A DNA stretch of 63,798 nt, the filler included, from Perkinsus chesapeaki ATCC PRA-425 (lineage: Eukaryota > Protista > Perkinsozoa): assembly GCA_013115145.1 (NCBI GenBank). It is 11 parts of 11 records of this genome, joined end to end, with 100 filler letters (N's around TTAATTAATTAA, not from the genome) between each part and the next. Parts side by side here need not be neighbours in the genome. Positions count along the whole stretch, not along the records: positions 18,049 to 45,680 come from JAAPAO010000490.1; positions 45,781 to 48,416 come from JAAPAO010001558.1; 9 more parts are not named here. One strand, 5' to 3'. Below are positions 33,501 to 46,690 of this stretch, piece after piece. The translations under genes were made by a program, and so were the position numbers. The stretch's first letter is position 1; every line of letters begins with the position of its first letter. A model generated the notes under the pieces. It was not told the origin of the DNA. It did no database searches and saw only the letters and a program-made list of their open reading frames with translations.

Positions 33501-36500
33501 CGCAGAGCCCTCGATCCCCTGCATTTGAGACAAGATTATCCCTTTATCGACTTAGCCCTTCTCGCCTACCGTCCAAGCGGATGCCCTTTCCGTGGAAGGA
33601 TCGGAAAGGTCGACAAGAACCCGTCGATCCACCAGAATTACTACTAAGCCGAAGAGCGATGATCCTTCTCCGTACGTCGATAACGGTTGGCTGAAATATC
33701 CGAGTCTCGTTGACAGGTACAAGCAACGACTGAAGAAGGCCAGGAAGGGGTCCTCCGGCATGGCAAGGCTGATGTCGTCCCCCACCGTATCACCGGCATC
33801 CCTCATCATAACAGATGGAAGGATCCTAGACCTTCTATCCCTCATCCCTTTGGTGAGCTTCCTGGCAGCGCCTTCGGATCTGCAGCTGCTTCTTCCTGTC
33901 AGTTGTCGTCGTCGGTGCCCCCATCGCCTATAGCGTACCCCTGCGGGGCCCTCGTGGCGCCGAACTTCGTGGTTCCGTGCACAGGTGTGGGCCCAGCCGT
34001 TCTCGACTGATCAGGTCGATCCTCAGATATCTCGGTTTTCACCTCGCCTCGGATGGTAGCCCACGGGAAAGACTCTGTCCTTTCCCCACAGGTGGGGCCG
34101 CCGTTCGCCATACCGAACTTCCCCCAACTTTTCTTCAGGACCCCCTCCTCGTCCACGGTAGATGGCTCCTCTTCGAGTGCTGTGCCATATGTGGCTCCTT
34201 TGGAGATGCTTGCAACATGGTCGAATGCTCTTGCTGCTCCGATGCTGTTCACTACTACTGTGCCGGCCTCATCAGTGGGATAGTTTAATATTACCACATT
34301 TCCGTCGCATCACACTTTAGGCCTGCCCGACAAGAAGAGCTACCATTGCCCTGGCTGCAACCGGTGTCCATATTGCGCTCAAATCTGCACCAAATCCCTC
34401 AGCAACGATCCCACCGAGCTTGCCGCTCCGAGGTGACCACCAGCTTTCCTTCCCCCAGGCATCCCCTTCTCCCAGGATGATGTGCGTTAAATGTGGGGTC
34501 ATCTGGCACAGCAAGTGTCGTGATCGTTGGGTGAAGAAGATACCGCAAACTACTTCGACCGGCAAACGTCCGGGCGACTGGGTAGTTGCGAACCTCCGAT
34601 TCTGTAGAGCGAGCTGCTGCCCTTAGTTGTGGGACGATAAATTCGTAATGTGCGACCACTGCGCGCCGGAGCAGTACAAAGCCTCATTCACTGCGTCACG
34701 GCGCTGCCTCACCTGCAACACAGCCATCATCGAGGGTACATCGTCTGTTAATAAGAGAAACTGCGGAGCCAAGATGTAGGGCTCCTCGATCCGTTGCCTC
34801 CCAGGGCGCACTGCAGCGGTCAGATCTTGCCTCATCTGTGGCGGCAAGTGGCACAGCAAATGCATTCCCGAGTTCCGAGACCTGTCTTCAATATCGGTGC
34901 CCGACTATGTGTGCTCCAAGTGTCTGGCGTGCACACCTTCGTTCGATAAGGGAGGCGGGAGACCTGCGGACTTGTCCCCTACTGTGGCTTCGGACACCGA
35001 TTTAGCTGTAAGGAAGGATCCGTAAGGGCGCGTGTGCGCGGCTCACCCCTGCGGCTTTCAGAAAAGCCTGGCCTCGGAACTCAATGGCCTTCGGGCTCGT
35101 CAGGCAGCCAGCGCAGAGCGGTCAAGGATGCTGGATGCTTTGGCCGGCCGCCACGACAGTGGCTTGCTTGGAAGGCTGCCGAAGCATCTCGAGCCAGCCC
35201 TGCAGCACACCATGGCGCTGGCTGGTGCGAAGATTCATGCTCCTCGATCGTCGATCAGTGGTTCCAGGTGCGTCTACTGGGAGTGTGTCGGCCACGTCGA
35301 CAGCACCGATAATAGGAGGGGATGCTGAGGACTGGCTTGTCCGGACCATGGGCCAGGATATCTTCCTGCCCAGGAGAGGGACAAAGGCGCAGGGACAGGT
35401 AGGGGGTCATGCAGTGTAATGGACCACACGTGGTCTCAGGCATCACCGACGGTTTCAACTCCTCAAGATGCGTCAATTGCACACAGACTCCTGGCGGCCC
35501 GGGACATACTGCAGTGGATCGACAGTCAAGATGTCACCACAACAACCTCACCCGGCGGCGGGGGAGACGTCTCCATGTTGGACTCAAGTCCGTCTAGCGC
35601 CGCAAGCGAGGGGGTCGAAGAGCCACGGGTAGGTCAAGTCACGACTCCTCCCCCTATCTACCATTCAGGCATTGGTGCAGAGATCCTGGTGGCTACAGCA
35701 GGCCATCGGCCCTGCCGTCTTGTTGTTAAGGATTATCCACAAGACCATCACCTCGTTGGACAAGGGCTACATCGGAGCCTTCGTAAGCTAGAGGGGGCCT
35801 CTCCTCCACCACCACAGCCTGTGCCTTCAGAGTCCGGCCCGATACCCAACACTCGGTGCTGCAGTACCGAACAGCTGTGTTTCTATACCTGCCTGGGAGT
35901 AAGCAACACTGCTGCTGCTGATGCTGCTGTCGTGATGAGGATCATCCTGTTTCAGTGAGCGTCGATGTGCCCTCTGCGGGAGCCGGTCGGATACCCTCTC
36001 CATGGGCCGATTGATACCGTGGGTGGACGGCCAGTGGGTTCATGCTCTCTGCGCCCAATGGACCATCAAGGGCCTCACAGTCACTTTCCCTGGGGTACCC
36101 CACCATCCGCCATGGCGATTCGATCTCTTTATAGTTACTACCGACAGACTTCACTGCAGCGCCTGAGGAGCAGCCCTACAAGGATCCCGAGCCCGGGGCA
36201 ACATCCGCCCATGCATTGTCCCAATACGCTAGATTGAGCAGGTCAGCTCTGATATACTCATAGATTCAGCACGGCAAATTATCTCGCTCGTCGTATGGTC
36301 GTTTCGCTCTCGTCGCCACGTAAGCAGCAGAGTAGTGTACTTGTTGTGCGGCAGGTACGTGTCATGCCGAGTTGATGTGGTGGACTACCCAACAAGCCTG
36401 GCCTCAAGTTCAAAGCATACCTGTCTCCTGTGCCGCTCTACAGGGGCTTTCGTGTCGTGCCTGTGTGGTCGCCATCATTATCATTTGCCCTGCCTATTCA

Positions 36501-38488
36501 CTGCGGATGCTGGTGGCCCTATGGTGGACCCCTCCCTGAGTAGCGTCAACCTCCGACCGCCTTTCCCATCGGTCTTCTTCCCCCTCAGGAGTGGTCTACT
36601 GCGGAGCCATCGCAGCCTGTCGCGCGCCTCCTTCAAGTCGAACGTCGCAGAAGAGAGCACCCCATGCCAGCGAGCTTGTGTCGCAGCTCCATCGATGCGC
36701 AGTGACGTTGATTCCGGTTTTGCTTCCTGACCAGGAGCAGGTCTTCAACGAAGAGTGTGCCGCCATTGCTTTGGGGTAAAGCAGTCCCGTATCGCTCCGC
36801 CGTACTCACTGTTGTTTCGCTGCAGACCGCCGGCCCACATTCAGAAGGTGCTTCCTTCACTGGCCTCCACCACTTGCATTCTGGCAACGGTCGGCTTGCT
36901 GCATCCATTCCGGCTCCCGAAGTTCCGTATGGAGGACGGGCTGCCAGCATCAGACAACTCTGCAGTGAGCTTGCTTGTGCAATCTGTCCCCATTGTCCGG
37001 CCAGGTGCGATCGGGCGGCCTCAGCATCCTGCAACTCGGCACCATTAACACCAAGAATCAGATCGAGTATCCCCACGGTTTCGCTGCCGTTCGGTGAGCT
37101 GCACGATCGCTTCCTCCAATCCGATCCTATCACCCTTTCAGGCTCTTCTGGTCGGTCGAACCCACTCGGCGGCGCTCAGCGTATGTGTGTAGCATCAACT
37201 ACGACCAGCACGATAACCGTCTGGTGTCAATCCGGATCGCCACTGGAGGTTTCCCACCATCGTCCGCTCCTCTGCATGAGGTCCCCTCAGGTGTGGTGGC
37301 CTTTGGAGATTCGGTGGACTCTACGTGGCGGCAGCTCGTGGAACAGCTCTCCCCAGAGAGACGGCAGCAGTCCTTTAGGGACTTCACCGCCCAGTGGTTC
37401 TTCGGTCTGATGTCTCCAGTGGTTGTTGCCCATCTTCGAGAAGCTCGGAAGGCATTTGCCAGACGCACGATAATGCAGGAGGTAGCCTTGCCAGTTCGGC
37501 ACTTGTTTTCTGGTGCATGTAGGCTTCCTTGTGGATGGATCATCCCGGGGCCCGGGCTCAGCTCCTCAAGGGTCTCTTGGGCCCCGGAAACGACTCTTGT
37601 GAGCCTGTGGAGAGCATCAAGTTGAGGAACCGCTGGGAGCAGCCGGTTGAGCCCGACATGCGAGAGCTCGGTGTCGTTCACACCGAAGATCGGGGAATAT
37701 CACCGTTGTTGAAAGGTCACAGAAGCGCCCATTACAAGTTCCTCTTGGACCCGTCCAACTGCCAACTGGAGACCATCTCCGGGACCAACCAATCCGGCGA
37801 GTACAATCAGGCTCTCAAGTCAGCACGGGCCCGCACCCACTGGCCTGAGGGATCCTCTTCCTCCCCCACGCTCACGGCACTCTACAGGATACGAGCACAA
37901 ACTGACGACAACGACGTGCTGGACGTGAAACGGTCGAGAATCCACAACTACGGATTGTTTGCTCGAGTTCGCTTTGCCAAGGGTGACATGGTTGTTGAAT
38001 ACACTGGGGAAATTGTCAGGTGAGGACAACGCTTCTCGGTTGTTGAGGCATCCGTGAGTTTTGTCAGGCACTCTGTGGCCGACTGCCGGGAGCGATATTA
38101 TGAAGAAGAGATGTTGATGGGTCAGTGCTGCTATATGTTTCGGCTGGATGAGCACTACGTTGTCGATGCTACACTCAGAGGCAACACTGCACGCTTCATC
38201 AACCATTCCTGCAACCCTAACTGTGTTTGCCGAGTGAGCCCTTAGTTCTGTACAGTCGGTTGATACCAGTGCCTGCAGGTGGTCGAGGATCCTGTTGCTC
38301 TGGCGAGTGAGGATGATACTTCCTTCCGAGGTGTTGTCCGAGCCTCCCACAGGAAGCACATTATGATCGTCGCCAAGAACGACATCGCTGCCGGAGAGGA
38401 GATCACGTACGACTACCAGTTTGCGGTAGAGTCTGAGAAGCTCGCATGTAAATGCGGCGCCCCGAACTGTCTTGGGAGACTCAATTAA
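30539..38488 (+). CDS. KMT2/SET1/MLL-type histone H3K4 methyltransferase with multiple PHD fingers, bromodomain, extended PHD, SET and post-SET (many exons)
   Basis: PHD fragments (CSNCRNVFHGDCL, CDTCKAC..WVHAKC, CVKCGVIWHSKC), bromodomain LFSEPVN..YLRVVKKPMNL..FDQIITNAKLFN, SET KRSRIHNYGLF..ARFINHSCNPNC..EEITYDYQF, post-SET CKCGAPNCLGRLN; start uncertain. Confidence 0.9.
32258..32354 (+). repeat. 31-bp minisatellite, 3 copies, inside an intron of the SET gene
   Basis: CGATACGAGGGAATGCATAGCCACCGTTGGG at 32258, 32289, 32320. Confidence 0.95.
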
Positions 38489-38745
38489 CACAAGCAGTTT
38501 TCTATCACCCGTTTACGTGTGTCTGGTTGTTAATCACTTGAGAGCAACCCTCAATATGACATGTCACATTTTCTTCAGTCAAAGACAGTCTCCCGCGTCT
38601 CTTCGCACAGTAGTGTAAAACGGTGTGAAGTAAAAGCCGTCTCGTCTCGTCTGTTGCTAATCGATTTCACATCGGGTTACTCGTCTCCGTCTCGCCCCCC
38701 GTCGTGCAGTTTATCCTGTCTATTCATAGCCTACCCTTGATTCCC

Positions 38746-39749
38746 ATGGGTATCTTCAAGCGTTTCGCTTATCTAACCCTACAGCTGTGCATCGCAGCGG
38801 CTTTGACGGCTGCGGATAAAACCCCCAGGCTTTACTGCAACTTCGACCGCCACTCCGTGGCCACATTCATTAAGAAAATTGGCAGTATGTGCGCTTTACT
38901 GGTTGACAAGAAAGTTAAAAAGATTCTCGTGGAGGACGGCAAGGTCACCAAGGCTTTCGATGTCAAGGAGAAGGGGCCTCACAAATACTCCTGTGAAGGG
39001 AAGGAATTCACCACCCCGGCGAAGAAGCTGGGCAAAGATAAAATTAATCTCAATTTCGGCAAGCGTGGTATCAACATGTGGGCCATGAATCGTGGGCAGA
39101 AGCGAACCGAGCAAGAGTATTTTAAGAGCCTCTCGGGAGACCACTTGAATGTCCCCGACTACATCCGTGTGGAGGACGGTGCTATCTACCTCACCGATGT
39201 GGCCAAACGCGACAAGAAGTCTGGGGCGTACAAGTCCAGTATCTTCTCCGGCTTGGTGGCCTTCGACCATAAGAATGAAGGTGCCGTTGTGTTTGATGAG
39301 AAAGAGGGCAACTATGCCATTCTGAAGCCCGTCGACAAAGTTGGGTGGGGCTATCATAGCTGTGTGTACAAGTAAGGAAGCCTGCTGCTCTCTTCAGGAA
39401 GACCAAGCCTATCAAAGCCTCCCGAACTCGCTCGGAAGAACTCAAGCAAAAACTTAAGCCAAAAGCTGACAAGTCCAAGAAGGAAAAAGACGAGGAAGAC
39501 AATGAGGATGAGGATGATGATGATAATGATGTTCCAGAAAAGACACCGCAAAGCAGAACCGAACAACCACCAATTGGTGAGCTCCTCGCATTGCACCATA
39601 AATATCTGTACTTCAGGCGAAGCGGATGAAACCAGCGAGCCAGTAACTGAGCCTTGCACGACAACGGAAACTATCTACTACGACGAAGCAGAAGGTAAGA
39701 CTGTTGGAGCTTGCTGTGTGACACTTCGTGTCTTTTAGCTTTCACCTAG
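38746..39749 (+). CDS. Putative secreted hypothetical protein: Lys-rich domain plus acidic tail (about 4 exons)
   Basis: Signal peptide MGIFKRFAYLTLQLCIAAALTA; downstream exons in consistent phase (KTKPIKASR..DEEDNEDEDDDND..; GEADETSEP..; AFT-stop). Confidence 0.7.
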
Positions 39750-39973
39750 CTTATAATTGTGGCCAGTTGTTTGATGAAGATATTACCAAGAATGTGTGTT
39801 GAAGATGTCGTGTACATGTATTAATGCTATGTTTCGTTCACAGTGCATACGGTCGCATAAGGCATGCCACGTGCCACTAGTAATACTCTCACTGTCACAA
39901 TATAACCAAATACTTGCGTATTATTCAGAAACTGAATTTAACAGAAACGTTAAGTTTGCAGCATGCAAGGTAT

Positions 39974-42924
39974 TCATCTTCTCTCCCCCTCCTTGGCATG
40001 CCTGACCTTCTGCTCCTTCATCCATTGTTTACTTTCCCACGGAAGCTTGGCCGGTTCGTCCTCTGGCGTGTCAATCTCCTTCCATCTCTTAGCTGCCCGT
40101 CTTTGCCGTCGAAGGCTCTTATTCATCTCCTGTGGGCTGCCAGCACACAATCCCGGCGTAATCGCGTTGCCAGCTTCGACTTCCTCCCTCATCCGCTCCC
40201 GAAGTTTCTTGAGCAAGTCTATCTCTCCAGGGATTCGCTCGACATCGGCGCGTGGAGCCGGCGGCGGCGTTATCGCGCTGTCCGTTGACTCGACGATCTC
40301 TTCGGTTTTCTCATCTGCCTTTCGCTCGTCCTCTTCAACCCAGAGGTCTATCCGTTCCCGCAGGAATGCGTTTCGCTCCTCGCGGCTCATCCCGTTCCAC
40401 TCCTGCTCCCATACATGAACCACACGCCCATTCGTCCGCCGTATAATGTGTCTATGGCGCAAGATGGCATCTCCGGTCGGAGTCTGGCTCCTGGCTTGCA
40501 TGTTCGCTCGAGTGCTCAGCAGGATAGCGGCATTGATTCCCGGTACCCACAAGTCCACCAGGAAACCGTCCAAGTCGAAACGTCCGACTCCTGGGTGGCC
40601 AACGTCCGCCAGGGCGTCCCCTATGCTGGCCACCAGCTCATCTGGCGGGGCGGTGGCCAGCTGTAATTCCCAGAAATGTGAACGGCAGTACTCGAGGTAC
40701 CTCGCCGTGCCAGCAGGGTCGAAGTCCGGATGGATGGCCTGAGAGACACAACGTGGAGGAACTTTACTGAGGGAACTCATTCGCACTTGCAACTCCCGCA
40801 AAGTGGGGAACAGCAGGGCGCAGCGGCTGTCAGAGGCGACGACATCGGGCGTGAGAACGCCAAGGATGGTCTCGCAAAAGTCGGGGTCAAGTTTCTTCAT
40901 CACGGCGAACGCCCAGAGCATGCTCGTCAATCCGAAGGCCGAGAACTAAGGCTCCATGGTGGGCCATGGTCGACTCTAACAAACGAGACTTGCCTGGTTG
41001 AGGCGCTCCAGGGCGGTGACCTGGAGCTGAGGGAACAGCTTGGGACTCGCGCGAACTACCGCGAAGCCCCAGCAGAGCATCGCCGCCTGCTCGGCATTAA
41101 ATATGGTGATGCGATGGTTGGCGGCCTCTACTAGGACAGCCCACAGCTGTGTAGAGCCAGTCCGGGCGTGAGCGTACCTACCTCAACATTGATGGAGCCC
41201 ACTGACGTCGCGGCCCACCCAACCACTGCCTCGACGACATCCAAGCTTTTGAACTCCTTAATCTTTTTAACGACGGTGGCTTCAGCTGCGTCAAAGAACC
41301 AATTCTCATCGGTGCCGGAGACCGCAGAATCGTGGGTCTAATAGAAGTAATACATTTCCTGGTCAACGCGAGTAGACCTTCACATTAGCGGCCTCGCTGT
41401 GCAGCATAGCTTCTTTCCTTTTAGCCTTGCCACTGCAGAGCTGCTCTCCGAACACCTTCAGATTGTTGGCCAGCTGCCTGGGCGACATGGCCGACACCAC
41501 CTCCAAGCCTCGATCGAGCAACCGGCGATACAAATCTGACGACGAGCTCCATGAGCAGATCACAGCGAGGTCACCACGCACTTTCATCGCCGAGTCCATG
41601 AGCATTGAATGCAAATACTAAACGAGAGAGGCTGCCATGATCCATTGCTGCTATGCGCTCAATCACCACGGGCTTCGCTCGCTTGAACACCGCCGCGCCG
41701 TCCTTGTACGGGTATTCGCGGGCTCCGCATAGCCTGACCAAGTCGGAGGCCAGATGTTACCCGCCTTTCGATAGGCCACCTACGACGCCAGTGAGGCCAA
41801 CACCTGAGCGAGGTCGCGGTCTGCCAGGCCCGCCAGAACCTCCACGGTGAGCTGAGAGGCGATGGCTGAGACCATGGTCGTCTGTTTCATCAGCCCAGCA
41901 GGCCAGCGAGCGTACACCTGTTGCCAGGTGATTGGAAAAGGCAAAGCATGCAAGACTCACCCGAAGGATCCTCACCACGTCCTCTGCGGTGTGAGCTCTA
42001 CGCTGCATCTGGTGCAAGAGGAACGGATATGCCCCTTTCAGAAAGTGCACTGGCTTATGGGACGATTTTCTTGTCATTGCCACACAAACGTTTGCAAAGT
42101 CGCCCGGGGCGAATTCCCCAGCCTGCCGGAGTAGATTGGCCGATGCCTCTCCGAGCCCGTAGTACCCTATGCGCCACTGTGTTTATTATATTCTCCCAAA
42201 AAGCCTTTCCGCCGGCCTGGACATCCGCATACGCCCGAGTGACATCTGCTATCTGCCGCGGTGTCATACTGGGCATCAGCGACACGATCGGGGACTCGAT
42301 GTGCTACAAGGAGCAGCGGCCTTTTCAAGGGAACCCAAAGGCTAGTATTACGCACTTTAAAAAGGCCCATGTCCCGCCAGTTAAGCCGAACTAGCGTCCT
42401 TGGCACCACAGCCAGCGACTCCAGCGGTAAGGTGTCCACGTGGCGTATGAGGTCGTTCAAGATCCTCATGAAGCACTTGTTGTTGACGATCTACCCGTTC
42501 CCTCCAATGTTGCTCGAATAACGCTACTACCGCTATTTTCTCTTCCCTCGAGGAGCGTTCCATTTCCCCAGCAAGGACCCGAAGCATTCGGCAAATATCG
42601 GAGCCCCGGCACTGGGAACGATTTAAAGTGTAGTAGTTCCAAACCTGCAAGGAAGCTGCATAACAAGAGCTGGATTGGGCTAACCAACAGCGAGCCAATA
42701 TGAGTGACCCCAAGACGACGCTGGGTGACATACGAGAAGGCGGCAACTGCTGCTCGTTGGCAAAGCATCATCAAGAAAGCGAGAATTACATCATTTGCAG
42801 TCCTGAGACCCTCGATCTGAACTTTCCGCCTATCGACTATCTCCGATCCTGTTACCGCAGCACAGAATCGCATGCTCTTTATGCTGTACCGCACTTGCCG
42901 AGGAAAACATGGCACCGACGACAT
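39974..42924 (-). CDS. Helical-repeat (HPR/FAST-like) protein with C-terminal RAP domain, probably mitochondrial (multi-exon)
   Basis: Repeats MTPRQIADVTRAYADV, MSPRQLANNLKVF, LTSMLWAFAVM; RAP-like FLVDLWVP..TGDAILRHRHII..VVHVWEQEW; Arg/Ser-rich N-terminus. Confidence 0.78.
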
Positions 42925-43150
42925 CGACTACCTTTCGAAAACAAATTGACACGGTACTAAACTGGAACAACAACACCTGATCGGTTAGAAACGATTATCA
43001 GCTGCTGGTGGTGGTGGTGTTTTTCGAATGAGCTATAGTTGATAAGATATCGGAAACACACAACAACTTATAAACTCCGATGATGCTCGTATGCCTAATA
43101 CCCTATTTATCTACTCGCTGTCGATAATATCATCCCAAAATGGCTGTGGT

Positions 43151-43151
43151 T

Positions 43152-43186
<35 letters not shown>

Positions 43187-45261
43187 ACCGCCCATATCGG
43201 CGGCGCTGGGACTCTTCTCCTTCTCGGGGAGCTGAAAGATATACAATGGTGAGGCGGACTACTTGATCTGATGCCGTACATCACAGATAACGGCCTCGGT
43301 AGTGGTCATGAGACTGGCAATGCTGGCGGCGTCAGCGAGAGCGGTGCGAACAACCTTGGTGGGATCAATGATGCCCTGCTGGAGCATGTCGACATACTCG
43401 GAGCTCTGCGCGTTGTATCCCCTAATGAGGCCGTGAAGAGGACCATGCGGTAGGATAGACTTACCTATTGTACTGGTCGTCGCTGAGGAGCTTTTGGACG
43501 ACAACAGCTCCCTCCTCGCCGGCGTTCTCAACGATGGTCTTGCAGGGCTGCTTGCATGCCGAGCGGATGATGTTGCAGCCGACCTCCTGGTCGAAGTTGT
43601 CAAGCTTGAGATCCTCAAGCTTCTTGCTGGCCCTGATTAACCGCTTGAAGATGAAATCCCAAACAACATTCCCACAGCCTACCTCAAAAGAGCAGCTCCA
43701 CCACCAGGAACGATACCCTCCTCGACAGCAGCCTTGGTGGCATTGAGAGCATCATTAAGACGGTCCTTGACCTCCGACACCTCTACCTCGGAGGAACCGC
43801 CGACCTGCACACCGGTATGCCAGTCAATGCAAGAGGTTGATGGAAAGTCTCACCTTGATGACAGCAACGCCTCCGCTCATCTTGGCAAGGCGCTCCTTCA
43901 GCTTGTCCTTCTCGTATTCGCTACTAGTGTTATCGATCGCATCACGAAGAGTCTCGCAACGCTCGTCAACCTCCTCGCGGGCTCCAGCGCCATCAAGGAT
44001 AATGGTATCGTCCTTCTTGACCGAGACAGATTTGCAGGATCCAAGGAGGGCACTGAGGCGGCATTGAATTGGCTAGACAGAACAAGACATCTCCTACGGA
44101 TCGAAATCGTCGCTGAGCTTGGTGCCGGTCTCCTCACTGATAACCTCGCAACCACACACGGTGGCTATGTCCTGCAGCTGAGCCTTACGGTTATCACCGA
44201 ACCCTGGAGCCTTAACCTGCGAAAGCGGCACCAGTACTCCAGGAGGAAGGGGTCCAGGAAGCGAGAATGACTTACAGCGCAAACCTTGAGGCCACCACGG
44301 AGCTTGTTGACGACAAGGGTAGCGAGAGCCTCACCGTCGACGTCCTCGGCAATGATGAGCAAGGGTCGCTGCAGCTTGACAACGTACTCGAGGACGGGGA
44401 GGATCGACTAAGAAGAGCATTATAGATTGGATAATGAAAGGATGGCATACCTGAATGGAACTGATCTTCTTCTCATGAACCAAGATGAGAGGATTCTCGA
44501 ACTCAACAGACTGGGTCTTGTTGTTGGTGATGAAGTATGGGGAAATGTATCCACGATTGAACTGCATACCTTCAACAACCTACAGGTGAACAGTGCCATC
44601 GTATACAGTGATGATGTGATGCTTACCTCAAGTTGATGATCCATGGTCTTGCCATCGGAGACTGTGATAGTGCCGTCCTTGCCAACCTTCTCGAAGGCCT
44701 CGGCGATCAGGGTGCCGATGGTCTTATCACCGTTGGCGGCGATAGTGGCCACCTGAGGCGCTCATGTGCTGAAATCCGACCACAGAGGAAGATTACCTGC
44801 TGAATTTCCTGGGCAGTTGAGATAGGCTGGGCACGAGTCTTGAGCTCATCCATGACAACCTTCACAGCGGCGTCGATGCCCCTCTTCAAGTCCATGGGGT
44901 TCATACCAGCAGCGACGGCCTTGCAACCCTCGCGGTAGATAGCCCTGGCCAACACGGTACTGGTAGTGGTACCATCACCAGCAATATCGTTGGTCTTGGA
45001 GGCAACCTGCTTGATCAGGGCAGCACCGAGGTTCTGCATCTTGTCGGGGAGCTCGATGGCCTTGGCGACGGTCACACCGTCCTTGGTGACCTTAGGAGCA
45101 CCGAAGCCTTGCTCGATGACCACATTGCGGCCCTTGGGGCCCATGGTCACGGCTACAGCATCGGCAATTCGGTTGACGCCTACTAACATACGAGAGCGAG
45201 CCTCGGCGCCGTGGAGGACTTCCTTGGCTACTCCCATGCAGGTGGACGAGCGCGACAACAT
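43151..45261 (-). CDS. HSP60: Mitochondrial chaperonin 60 (multi-exon)
   Basis: [68 protein letters not shown]-terminal GGM repeats. Confidence 0.97.
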
Positions 45262-45780
45262 TACGAGTGATAAAAAGAGGAACTGCCTTCAGGTCTACAA
45301 CGTGGTTGAATGGGCAGTTCACATTAGATTGAGGCACTTCCCGAGTAGAGCTGTGGAAAAGTGAGTGAGATGGCTACAGCACACAAGCCAATTCTGTTCA
45401 GATAAGAGTCCTAGCAACACCAGCTGCGGGTAAAGTATAGAAAGGAAGAAGGTCGAGTTTTTAATGTTGAGTTTCGAGGGGGAGATTGCTGAGGAACTAC
45501 GATTGCTCACGGGGCTTAAATACGTTAGGGAAAGGTAAGTGCGCAAGATGTCTAGCTGGCGCTCGCCCGGCCCTGAACCACTTCGTGAATGGAAAAAGCT
45601 TCCTGCTGCCCCAAAAATACTCCGCTCGCCCCAAAATCACTTTTTTTGCCCCTAAAATACTAACAACCTGCCTCAGCGCCNNNNNNNNNNNNNNNNNNNN
45701 NNNNNNNNNNNNNNNNNNNNNNNNTTAATTAATTAANNNNNNNNNNNNNNNNNNNNNNNNNNNNNNNNNNNNNNNNNNNN

Positions 45781-46690
45781 AATAATAGTAGTCATAGTAA
45801 TAATAATTATATTAGCAGTAACGGTGATAGAAGTGGTAAGAAGAGTAAAAATGGTAGTAGCACTAGCACTATTAATAGTAGTAGTAACAGCAGGAGAAAC
45901 AAGTGATAATAGAATTCGTAATAGAAGGAGTAATAACAGGTGTAAAAGTAGGAAACAGTGATGGACAGTGATGTAGTTGGTGTTACTAGATTTACCGCAA
46001 TGTTGTAGTTGTTCGCGGCAGTCCAGTACCTGAGCAACGAAATAATTAATGATATTTGTAATCAATAATGTACACTGGTTATTTGCGAATTTGAGTATTC
46101 TTACTGCTTCTACCAGTAATACTAGAAATAGTACAAGAACAACGAATTTGGTTATTCCCACTGTTCCTACCACTAGTACTAGAAATACTACAACAACAAC
46201 GAGCTTGATTATTCCTACTGTTCCTACCACTAATACTACAACTACCACGAATTTGAGTATTACTACCACTAATACTAGAAGTAGTACAACGATAACTAAT
46301 ACGATTATTCCTACTGCTCCTACCAGCAATACTACAACTACCACGAATTTGATTATTAATAGTGTTCCTACCACAATTACCACGAGTACTACTCCAACTA
46401 CTAATACCACAAGAAGTACAACTAAACGAGTTTGACTATTATTAGTGTTCCTACCACTAATACCACGAGTAGTACAACTACAAGGAAATAAATTATTCGT
46501 ACTTCTCCTACCACTAATACCACGAGTAGTACAACTACACGAATTTGACTATTGCTACTGTTAGTAGCACTAATACCACGAGTACTACAACTACAACGAA
46601 TTGGGCTATTCGTAATCGTCCTACCACTAATACTACAACTACCACGACTACGATTATTAGTACTGTTAATAACGACTAATCAACTACGGA
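45781..46690 (+). repeat. Degenerate ACT/AAT-rich minisatellite (roughly 45-60-bp units, core CCTACCACTAATACTACAACTACCACGAATTTG)
   Basis: At least 8 recognisable units; Thr-rich open frame only at 46049-46435. Confidence 0.8.

Noticed and set aside
37820-38491. Long minus-strand ORF (223 aa) and similar shadow ORFs opposite the dehydrogenase, HSP60, RAP, PAP and mucin genes
   Set aside because: Antisense shadows of clearly identified genes in GC-rich or repetitive coding DNA; no motifs of their own
39372-39397. Apparent 26-nt intron
   Set aside because: An alternative same-phase donor at about 39345 gives a more ordinary 53-nt intron; cannot be decided without cDNA
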